This document shows, in pieces, positions 23,795-32,750 of a DNA stretch of 32,750 nucleotides. Below the pieces are notes generated by a model. That model was not told the DNA's origin. It saw only the letters and a list, made by a program, of their open reading frames with translations, and did not search any database. The stretch comes from Dicyema japonicum (taxonomy: Eukaryota > Animalia > Dicyemida): positions 623,358 through 656,107 of the forward strand of contig RDEW01000023.1 of assembly GCA_011109175.1 (NCBI GenBank), in the 5' to 3' direction. Position numbers and translations under genes: made by a program. How positions within the stretch are numbered: the stretch's first letter is position 1; every line of letters begins with the position of its first letter.

Positions 23795-24280
23795 ATGTGG
23801 GTGGATGCGAAAAGCTTACGATTCAGTTGATCATTTTTACCTTGTCGAGTGCCTACACAGTCTGTGTATGCCTGTGTGGTTCATCAGCTTTGTAGTGGCT
23901 GTGATGAATAGGTGGAGTATTCATCTGAACTATAATAGGCACCGGATAGGCGAGGTAAAACTCAAGAGGGGGATCCTTCAGGTGGATAGCATGTCTCCGC
24001 TGCTCTTTGTTCTCTGTTTGGAGCCATGGAGTCGCCGTCCCAATGACCGGTTTGAACAAATACCCGTTCATTGTGAGGGGGTTTGTTTCAGTACAGATCA
24101 CCTTTACTTGATCGATGACCTGACGATGTATGCTCTAATCCATAAGGGTCTGTTCCGGGGAATTCTTTGAAAGTATAGGACTAGATTTGAATTATTCAAA
24201 ATCTGCGACTAACACGAAAGTATGTAGCGAGTTAGTAAGAGTCCTAGAGGAACACGAAGGATATAAGTATCTGGGTGTTA
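23795..24280 (+). mobile_element. R4/Dong-type (RLE-class) non-LTR RT fragment
   Basis: RKAYDSVDHFYL, KRGILQVDSMSPLLFVLCLEP, HLYLIDDL, GLDLNYSKSATN and GYKYLGV. Confidence 0.88.
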
Positions 24281-24989
24281 CCTTTAACTTTTTTCTCGGT
24301 GTATCCGGGGTTAATAAATTAAATTAATAACGTGCTTATTATTTAATTGGTAAATCAGTTGGTTCTTAGCAGACTAAATAGACATTTTACATCCAAGCAT
24401 CCGGACTATTCCAAAAAATCTGTGGATTATTTTATGCATTTGAAAAACAACACAAATTTTATTTAGTTTTTATTATGCATTTTAGATCCAGTCAAATGTC
24501 GTTTAGTGATACTATTGAGTTCAACTGAATCATTAAAATGTTCATATTTGATTTTTGAATTTATTTCAAAATTATTGAAACCTCATACAATTATAAAAAT
24601 GATAATCCCTGATTATCGTATCACATTCTGACTATGTTTGGTCATAAATATGAACAAAAATAATGATATACCTTTTTCAGATAATACTGTTTAATGTAGG
24701 ATTTGTTATTTGTCGGAGAATATTGAAAACAATGTTTTATTTTCTATTAAGAAACTCGTTTTTCATTACAACTTGTCCATTAAATTGCCAATTTTTGTAC
24801 TCACTTTTACGTAGCCGAAAAAAATTTAAATTTTCATTTTTTACGATTAGTCTGCCGCAAGAATTATTTTCTGAAAACCTCTGATTTAAAGACAAGATAT
24901 TTTCTATATTTTTTCATGGATGAAGTGTTATACAATTAATCAAATAAATAATCTCAAAATTGTGACTTACAAAAAGTAAATATTAATAA

Positions 24990-25500
24990 TTTAAATTGTT
25001 ACGTCTTAATGAATTGTTACGTGTTCGCCGTCGTTTAATTATAAAAAAGATTCCACAGATAATTGTAATTCCACCAATTACACAAATCTCCATTATATAT
25101 TTGTTATCTAAAGTTATATATTTATGTACTTTTTTGAATAATAATAGTTGTTGAAGTATATATTATGCTTTTTTATGTGAATAATGCCGTTGACTGTAAT
25201 TTGAGATTTTTTCTTATATCATTTTGACATTCGAGTTCGTTGTTGAAGTATATATTATGCTTTTTTATGTGAATAATGCCGTTGACTGTAATTTGAGATT
25301 TTTTCTTATATCATTTTGACATTCGAGTTCTACACTTATAATAACTGTTATTTGTGAATTTTTCTGGAGAATCAAATAATCTATCAGGATCTAAGTTAAT
25401 AAACAAATTTCTGAACATATATGGTTGTATGCTAATAATTCTAAACGAACAGATAATAAACGTTCTGTTGTAATAGATTTGTTAGTAAATATAAATTTTA
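24990..25500 (-). pseudogene. Possible single-pass membrane protein remnant
   Basis: ICVIGGITIICGIFFIIKRRRTRNN (hydrophobic span plus basic stop-transfer) preceded by SYYKCRT..SQITV, an Ig-like YxC pattern. Frames are broken. Confidence 0.3.
25147..25330. repeat. Tandem duplication 2 x ~92 bp
   Basis: gttgttgaagtata...cattcgagttc at 25147 and 25239. Confidence 0.95.
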
Positions 25501-25621
25501 TGTCATTTTTCTTCTATAAAAACATAACTTCACCATATTCAATATTTTTTAATTCAAATTGATAAATTCTGAAAATAATAATGATAACAGTTTTTTACGG
25601 AGACGTAGTATTAGTTCTGCA

Positions 25622-25742
25622 TAGGCAGGAGACACACTTTATTTAAGTAAAGAACAGTTAATTTTAAATAATTGTAGAACCAAGAAATGATATTCACTTC
25701 TATTTTCTTTTTCTTGTGTGTGGGTTTTTTTTGACAATCCAG
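25622..25742. repeat. Dispersed repeat, second copy of 11826-11950
   Basis: Direct sequence similarity to 11826-11950. Confidence 0.8.
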
Positions 25743-25782
25743 TCGTCCTCTTTTTTTCAGTCTGGATCACTTAGCCTATTCT

Positions 25783-26050
25783 TCATAAAGATTTTTTTTC
25801 AATACAAAGCTTTCTTTTGTAAGTGTAAAACAACATGACAGAGGACTTTGTTTCTGGTGTGTCGAGTCTTCGCTTCAAGAGACATAGTTCCAGCTTGTCA
25901 AGCATTTGTCGAGCAGACTGAGTCGCTGATTGAATGTTTCTGAATTTGGAGGCAAGAATGATATCGTCGTCATAGGAAAAAATTAAACAGTTATCATTAG
26001 GTTTGTGGCATGTCGTTTTGTAAAGATTGATGAGTTGATTTGATGTTGTT
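25783..26050 (-). mobile_element. LINE RT fragment
   Basis: QLINLY...IFSYDDDIILAS (degenerate YADD)...KSSVMLF. Confidence 0.75.
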
Positions 26051-26148
26051 GCAGAGTTCAGATAGGAGATGTTTTGATGGCTTTCTATTAAAAATACAGT
26101 CTCACTCAAATAGTCGGTCTCTATCTGTCTTATATACACATACCAAAA

Positions 26149-26530
26149 TTCATGATTTTAATAATGAACATAAAATTTACGATGATTTTTGTCATATTTC
26201 CATCGACCTTGAAAAAGTCCAGATATGCAGTTGGGTTCACTAGATTCCTTATGGGAATTGTTCAGATACAATAGTGTCTGAAAAGTAGCTAGAGGGGAAA
26301 GAATTTTGTCTTCTCTGTATTTTTTATTCAAAATTTGACTCCATCAGAGAAAAAACAAAATAAAATTGGCATCGTCACGTTTTCTGTCTGATAATGATTA
26401 GGGTCATACTTTGGAATATATCTTAGATATATTATAGTTGAAAGCAATTCATTTTAAAAATAGACCGAGGAAACTGCCGCTTTATATTTTTTGCCTTTTG
26501 TCATTTTTATTAACATCTTAGGTGGCATTG
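26149..26530. repeat. Inverted third copy of 8975-9342 / 15173-15540
   Basis: The reverse complement matches caatgccacctaagatgtt...atatattccaaagtatga..atcattatcagacagaaaac...ggaatctag..aacccaac...gttcatta. Confidence 0.92.
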
Positions 26531-26670
26531 CTACCTCTCATGATCGAGAGCCTAATCTTCCGTAGACATCTTTGCATTTTAGACTTTCCCCAGCTAACTC
26601 ACATAAGTCGCCTGATCAGTCAGATTAGCTTTGCTGTGTCGGGGTCAAGCACGCTAAACTATTCTTTGGG
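26531..26670 (-). mobile_element. Possible extreme C-terminus of a CRE-type element
   Basis: LDPDTAKLI..IRRL...CLRKIRLSIMRG resembles the QRISLAIQRGNA end motif. Confidence 0.35.
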
Positions 26671-27219
26671 TTATACGTGGATTTTTAACATTACTTAATG
26701 AAAACCATCTTTTTTAATCTATTTTGTAATCTGAATGCAATATTTATTTACCCCTAGTTTTTTTTCAATAAAGAAATCTGGTGGCTATTTCTAAATAGAA
26801 CATTAAAAAGAAATATTGACTCCACTCTACCAGGCGATAATTTCTATTCCAGCCTTGTTCTCACTTTTCAAAAATATGTCCTCATACCGACACATGGGAA
26901 GAAAAACTGATTTTAGTGTTCTGAATAAATTCAAACAGTAATTGGTTAATCTACCTGCATTTCTAGTAAAACATGATTGACACCAGCTTGAATCGGCAAA
27001 CCCACTATTAACTACTCTACTCTATCCCGAATATCTAAACAAGACGATTAAACCAAAATGTATGATAATGGCCTCCTCAATCTGTTATTTGAAGACATCT
27101 CCCTTTAAATATTGACACTTTTCGTCAACTTCTCGAGTCTCCAAAATCTCAGATATTTTAAAATTTTAAAGTTTTCTTAAATCAATAAAGTCAGTTATTT
27201 TAAAACAAATTCTTTATTA

Positions 27220-27550
27220 TAACTTCCAGGCATTAGGAGTTACCTTTATGATTGAGAGCCATATGTTCTAGAAGTGCAATCGTGTCTATCTAGGCTCTTC
27301 CTTCAGCAGTTCTGCAAACAGGGCGATTAACCTGAAAAACTCAGACGTGCTCGGGCAAAGTACGTTAGACGTTTTAAAAAGATCGGCTGGAATGTGAACC
27401 GATCCCAAATGCCGCAGTACATCCATCTTTTCAAATTTTCAGCAGTATTCGTTGCCTAAATAACTTAAGGAGATTCGCGTTTGAGAAAGTGTCCATGCAC
27501 CTTCAATCCCAAGCATGACAGTTTAGTTGGCTCTACGGCGATGTTTCTCA
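27220..27550 (-). mobile_element. CRE-type RLE C-terminal fragment
   Basis: WD*RCMDTFSNAN, ATNTAENLKR, DRFTFQPI, SNVLCPSTSEFFRLIA and EEPR...WLSIIK. Confidence 0.6.
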
Positions 27551-27649
27551 ACGGGGTCTCCTGAAAAATTCAGAGGTTCTCCATGATTTTAAATTTAAAA
27601 ATATATAAAATTATATTTTAAAAATTTTATAATATTTGCATTGTAAATT

Positions 27650-29574
27650 TGTCGCAGTGTGTTTTCATGCTGGCTAAGTTGCTTTATCTCGTTGATATTT
27701 CCTTATATGTACTTGCAACACTGCTTTTAAGGACTCTACAGTTAATTCACGAGGAATAGTGAGGCATTGAGTTTTTCATAATAAAAAGTACTGGGTTTAT
27801 TAATTTAATAAGTGAAACTTTGGAAATCTTCGACTCAACGGGGACACGACATGTGTATTTTAGAAGTGGAAGAGTGTTTGATGTACTAGCCATTCTATAC
27901 AACTGTGTGATGACTACCACAGTTAACTGTTAGTGTTTTATGAGATTGTTGGGAATTTAGGACTCGACTGTGTTTGCAACTAATCAATGTCTTCTAAAGC
28001 ATAGTGATTAGTGGACAGAAGAGAATAACCTATGCACAAATGTAATTCTTGTCGAAGTATTTTTTGTTACATATCAGTGTCTTTTTTTTAGGGATGTCAA
28101 AAAAGGGAAATCAGTTAATTTTTGATGTTTTGGAATAGCTAAATGTTCATTTTAGTGTAGGAATCATACAAACAAGGAGACGTAATTGCTATATACGGGA
28201 GATTTAGGTACATTTTTTCTTAGTGGTCTGTGGAAAGGTGAATTAACGAGTGATTATTAGATAGAAGTCTTGTAGGAAGTGAACAATCAAACTAAAGGAC
28301 ATAAAAATATATAAACTCCCGGATTAGAAGGATTTGGTAGTATAGAACTGGTAATAATAAAATAATAAAGGAAAGGTTCGAGTTAGGGCATCGAAATTTG
28401 TATCAAAGTATCATATAGTAAACTCCAGTCAAGAACTGCATATTATACAGGAAAAGACATAATATTTTTATGTAATAGTCCACATGTAATAATTTTAAAA
28501 AATAATAAAGGAAAGGTTCGAGTTAAGGCATCGAAATTTGTATCAAAGTATCATATAGTAAACTCCAGTCAAGAACTGCATATTATACAGGAAAAGACAT
28601 AATATTTTTATGTAATAGTCCACATGTAATAATTTTAAAATTATTAAACCAAAAAATTAAATTTAAATTTAAAAAAAATATTAAAAATAAAGTGATTATT
28701 ATTGATTACATTCAAACACTGACGATATATCTATCAACTAGTGGAGGTCACTTTGTGAGGATAATCATGTGCTATATTACGATACAAGTCAATCTTTTAC
28801 TTAATTTAAGAAGCATTTCTCCGAGGAGACAACCAGATTTTCTTTGGGATGTGTTATAATGGCTATTGGGTACCTGACACTAATGGTATTGTCTCACTAA
28901 ACTGTAGGACCTGAATAAGTTTGGAAACCTCTGGTCTACAGAGACATAAAGTTGAAAACCTAATGATTGACTTACAGGGATACATTAAAATGGTTAATTT
29001 CCTCTCATTTTAGGATGACTTTGGATTTGCTCAGAAACATTCTAAAGGCTGTAGAACATAGACATTCTATTGTATTTCTGAATATGTAACCTTTGAAATA
29101 ATCCTCAACATAGTCTATGATTGCTGTAGATTATTGGTCTTTGGGGATTATATTTGAGTTACTAACTGAAGGTAATCATATTCACTCATTACAGTCTCCC
29201 ATTTGTTGGCAAAGAATTATTATTAATATACAAACAAATCTTTAATGGAGTGGCACCCATTAACTATCCTCAATATTTTGGCAAACGAGTTCGTAGTTTG
29301 ATGTCCTCAGTATGTAAAACGTCATTTTTAGAACGTTTTGGATAAACTAAAAATAATTTTGATTAGATTAAAACACATCTGTATATTCTATCTTTTATAT
29401 TTCAGGGATTTGATTGACCAAAGCTCTCTTCTTTAATCTTAAAAATAGTTACTCCCCATTGTATTGATTCCTGTGAGTTCTAGATTAAATCTCCATTGAT
29501 ACCAGAAATTTCGATAAATTTCAAACATAATATGATTTACCTCATGAACTTTCTGGATGAGACCTGAATTCTAA
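27650..29574 (+). pseudogene. PRKG1: cGMP-dependent protein kinase (PKG) unprocessed pseudogene
   Basis: Cyclic-nucleotide domain GRVFDVLAILYNCVMTTTV and ESYKQGDVI. Kinase motifs GLEGFGSIEL, KYHIVNSSQELHIIQEK, FSEETTRF..CVI, YRDIKVENLMIDLQGYIKM|DDFGFAQK, EYVTFEIILN and VDYWSLGI. AGC tail DTRNFDKF...ELSG*D. Introns at 28788-28810 (23), 28993-29013 (21) and 29172-29194 (23). Many stops and frameshifts; part of CNB-B is deleted. Confidence 0.9.
28361..28640. repeat. Tandem duplication 2 x 140 bp
   Basis: aataataaaggaaaggttcgagtt...gtaataattttaaaa at 28361 and 28501, about one SNP. Confidence 0.95.
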
Positions 29575-30186
29575 TTATTTACATTGCTTAAATAACATAT
29601 TGCCGTAAATTTATAAATTCTCACTTTTTCGACAAAAGTACACTAAAATCTAACAACCAGCGAGAGTTGTGACTTCTTTAAAAATCTGATGTTCATTATA
29701 GGAGGAAAGGAAGGACGTCAGCAATGTCAAGTTGCTGGTAAGAGTCTTCTGCACGTCGTTTCTTCCATTCGGAATCAGTTGCTGCCGGGCACCCTTCTAT
29801 GGCCCAACATTCAAAAGTTACTAGTAACTGAACTAATTAGGTGATAACGCTAACTATTGAAATCAGTCTCTGCTGAACACCCTTTTATCCCGATTTGCAC
29901 AAGAGCAGAAAGATGGTCGTTTCATCGACACACCTATCTATGCCGAAATCAGTCGACTTTTTTAAGACAAAAGTACACTCCCAAATCTAATAAATGTGAT
30001 GAATGTATGGGTTTGCTTCAAGTGGATGGCACTTAACATGCGTATATTCCTACTACTGAAATAAGGGAAACTCTTTAGGATATGGCTGTAGGGAAATAGT
30101 GTTGCTCAGAAATCTGAACAATTATTTTTTGATCAAATTGAAGTTTGTAATTCTACACAAGATCTCGTCAGACCGGTTGAGAATTG

Positions 30187-30420
30187 TCAGATGATGGTTG
30201 CTACAGAAGAGCTCTCGAATTTCCATGTCAAGTTAAGATCATTCCCGTGGTTTTTACTTGGATGGAGTTGTTCCAAAATGTTATTGTTTGTGATATATAG
30301 GAGAGTGGATGAAAATTGCAGTTTTATTTTTGGTGATTGAGATTTTTGGGAGGAGGTTTGTCTGGTTGANGTCAATGAACTATATTCCAACTTAAGTGAG
30401 ATGGCGATTTCGGAAAAGGG
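30187..30420 (-). mobile_element. Possible LINE post-RT fragment
   Basis: KLEYSSL...SSQKSQ, similar to IDYACP..SSQKSQ at ~10810-10870. Confidence 0.35.
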
Positions 30421-30562
30421 CCAATTTACATCAGCATCAATTTGTCAAGGGATGTTGAGGATTAAACGTTTTTTAGGTTTACCGATATGAATTTTACTAT
30501 ATAGTCGGTAATTTATTTTTTAAAAATTAATAAAATTTTTAATTATTTAAAAAATAAATAGA

Positions 30563-30903
30563 TAATAGCAGTTGAATTATACACGTTTTTATTCTTCTGT
30601 TGGCATTGGAGGCATTTTGAATAAATCTAATAAAGAAACGATATTAAAAAAACGTATTACAATCTACAATCTCTTTTTGATGTATCATTGAGTAGTCTAA
30701 TNTAATAGCAGTTGAATTATTCACGTTTTTATTCTTATGTTGGCATTGGAGCCAGTTATGTTGCCAGTGATCCTGGGGGTAATAATAATAATAATGTTGG
30801 CATTGGAGGCATTTTGAATAAATCTAATAAAGAAACAATATTCAAAAAACGTATTACAATCTACAGTAAAAGCTCTCTTTGATGTATCATTGCATAGTCT
30901 AAT
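30563..30903. repeat. Tandem duplication around a single N (30702); the second copy carries an insertion
   Basis: taatagcagttgaattat...tagtctaat at 30563-30701 and 30703-30903. Confidence 0.93.
30737..30808 (+). mobile_element. 42-bp 5'-truncated retro-insertion with (TAA)n tail and 15-bp target-site duplication
   Basis: atgttggcattggag (30737-30751) + ccagttatgttgccagtgatcctgggggtaataataataata + atgttggcattggag (30794-30808). The empty site is at 30597-30611. Confidence 0.88.
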
Positions 30904-30904
30904 C

Positions 30905-31430
30905 TCCTAGTGGATATTATATCGTGAACGTAGACACCTTGACCGAAATAACTCTATTTTGTGTGAAAGAGTACAACTGGTTTAGGACATAACATGCCTT
31001 CTAATTGTCATAACCTTCACATAACTCCCGATAAAGCAAACGTTTGGGCCACTGGTTGTATTCTTATTCATCTTTAGATATTTACAAAACAGTTGGGAAA
31101 TCTACTATCTTATGTAATGGTCTTTAAATTTGAACGAGATGTAGACAAAGGATTAACTATAATTATATTCAAGTCTTTTTTCCTAATGGCTGACCGATTT
31201 GTTGAATTGCTGTCTTTACCCGAAACGGGATTTCTTTACTCAGTTGTGCATTTATGGATTGTAGAATACTAAAGAAGTTTGCCGACTTAAGAGCATGTGG
31301 TCTCCTACAATGGAGGCCATTAAGTGGTAAGAAGACGGTTGATCTCTGCATAGTGAAACGTAAGTTAGCTTAGTCTCGTAGGTATATCACATATGTGTTC
31401 TTAGAGAGAGCAGTGGTATCGCAGACAGGT
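30905..31430 (+). pseudogene. Kinase-like remnant, TBCK-like
   Basis: HNMPS...KANVWATGCILIHL...DVDKGLTII...LTDLLNCCL resembles kinase subdomains IX-XI of TBCK. Candidate 22-nt intron gtaagttagcttagtctcgtag before VYHICVL. Confidence 0.35.
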
Positions 31431-31484
31431 GAGAACATCTGTCTTGAATGAATCTTTATGAGGGTTGAATATAAATTTAAAAAA

Positions 31485-31786
31485 AATTTGATTCGAAAAT
31501 TGGGCCTAACTTGAAGCTATGACTGGCTAATTCTTTATTTGGAAGACGTGGGAGGGTTATCGATTACGAATACTACTAAACATAGTGCCCTATGGTTTTC
31601 CTTTGTCCCTTAATCTATTCAACCTTTTTTTTCCACGACCTGCCAGCAGACATTGACAAGGATTTCCTACTGCTTTCTTATGATGATATTATCATTGCAA
31701 CAATAGGCAGTTCGACATCAGAAGCAGTCTCACTCGCACAGAAAAAAGTGGATTGTGTCCATGATAGGTTACTGTCCAAAAGCTAA
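31485..31786 (+). mobile_element. LINE RT fragment (same family as 20788-21930)
   Basis: PNLKL*LANSLFGRRGRV, VPYGFPLSLNLFN and FFHDLP...SYDDIIIA. Confidence 0.8.
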
Positions 31787-31789
31787 ACA

Positions 31790-32050
31790 TACTGCAAAGA
31801 GAAACAATACGTATGCTGGGACCACAGTGTTGAACAAAAATTTCTCCATTGCAGATGGAATCTACAACTCGTATATGTGGTTCCGGATTTCACCGTATTT
31901 GCGAGGAAGATGGACATCCATTCGGCCTATCACTGTTTCACGCAATCGGCTTCTTCGGCAAAAATCAATGAAGACACTTCCGTTCGGCAGTGGAACAATG
32001 GTGACGCACAGGTTTTGGATGGCATGTTTGCTTGCGTGAACTGGGATTTT
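31790..32050 (+). mobile_element. Possible Rex1/L2-like APE-end/linker fragment
   Basis: SVRQWNNGDAQVLDGMFACVNWD resembles the Rex1 linker (V..W.....L..CF...DW). Confidence 0.4.
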
Positions 32051-32226
32051 AATGTTTTATAACATTTCCTACATTAACTGTAATGGAATCTCAATTTAAT
32101 TTTTTGGTTCAGCCGACATTAATAATTAAAAATATTGAAATGTGCATTAGATAATAGTAATTATCTAAAAATCATAATAAAATAGTAACATGCAAACTTC
32201 ATCAAGTCTTGGATGAGTTGTCTCAA

Positions 32227-32320
32227 GGATCTTCGTAGTCACGACTGCGCGTTCCATGGTTCATTCGTATCAAGGCTTAAAGAGGAATTGGTAGCTGAAA
32301 CTTTCCAGAACCCCAGCGTA
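32227..32320. repeat. Second copy of the 23129-23222 repeat
   Basis: Direct sequence similarity to 23129-23222. Confidence 0.75.
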
Positions 32321-32557
32321 TAATTAACGTAATCCCTTTCAATATGAATTTTACCATTAACAGAAAAAATCAAAAATAATATTTGTCACCGTCCGAACGT
32401 GGAACTCCGTCATACGTTGAACTTCACAAAAACCAATCAAAATAAAAATTAGTTATCTGGATAATTCAGAACTTTCTGAGTTGAATAATGTAATTTTAGT
32501 TAAAATCGTTAATATTTAAAAACATAATAAAAAAAGTGTAGTTGTTGTGGTGTAGAC

Positions 32558-32750
32558 ATGTCCGTTTCTAATCATACCGAGAAATCGAATCCTATGGGCC
32601 TTCCTGCAAAATCAAATAAAGAAGATAGTTTAGTAGAAGCAGGACCGTCGTCTGTGGGGCTGGATAATGTCACAAGAACTAATATCAACATCGCTGGGAA
32701 TATTGGTGCCAATGCCAACTTGCATTCATTATCTGCCATTATTGAAGAGG
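32558..32750 (+). CDS. Open frame running off the window end, product unknown
   Basis: ATG after an AT-rich spacer. MSVSNHTEKSNPMGLPAKSNKEDSLVEAGPSS...SAIIEE has no stop in 64 codons. Confidence 0.3.
   Translation, partial: MSVSNHTEKSNPMGLPAKSNKEDSLVEAGPSSVGLDNVTRTNINIAGNIGANANLHSLSAIIEE

Noticed and set aside
2884-29560. TGA at expected Trp sites (2884-2886, 4609-4611, 29558-29560), suggesting UGA=Trp recoding
   Set aside because: The same genes use TGG for Trp, have stops at Tyr, Arg and Glu positions, and carry many frameshifts. Ordinary pseudogene decay explains it.
1934-31786. RT fragments as retron, DGR or group II intron systems
   Set aside because: Motifs and associated APE, RLE and CCHC domains are those of eukaryotic non-LTR elements, and all are disabled.

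Overview
AT-rich eukaryotic (most likely animal) nuclear DNA from a draft scaffold, with one 107-N gap and four single-N positions. I found no clearly intact gene. The window is a patchwork of two kinds of material. (i) Decayed, unprocessed copies of host genes that keep ultra-short 21-27 nt GT-AG introns: a near-full-length CPSF3/CPSF73 pseudogene (minus, 3108-5578), a cGMP-dependent protein kinase pseudogene (plus, ~27650-29574), and weaker Mis12-like, TBCK-like and unidentified remnants. (ii) About 20 short degenerate transposon pieces: I/Jockey-group LINE ORF1/APE/RT, RTE-type APE and C-terminus, an R4/Dong-type RT, CRE-type restriction-like endonuclease ends, a Rex1-like piece, and an internally deleted Ginger2/KRBA2-like DDE integrase with its own 25-nt intron. 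The supplied ORF track misses the host genes because tiny introns and disablements break their frames. There is also a ~3.4 kb duplication (7221-10686 vs 13483-16884) and nine short tandem duplications, several probably assembly artefacts. One of them shows an empty vs filled retro-insertion site with a 15-bp TSD. The intron sizes suggest a compact-intron parasite such as a dicyemid; this is inference, not proven. I see no convincing new biological system. The most unusual signals are the intron-bearing integrase, the tiny-intron pseudogenes and the fragment-mosaic architecture. All protein assignments come from manual translation and recalled motifs, not database searches.
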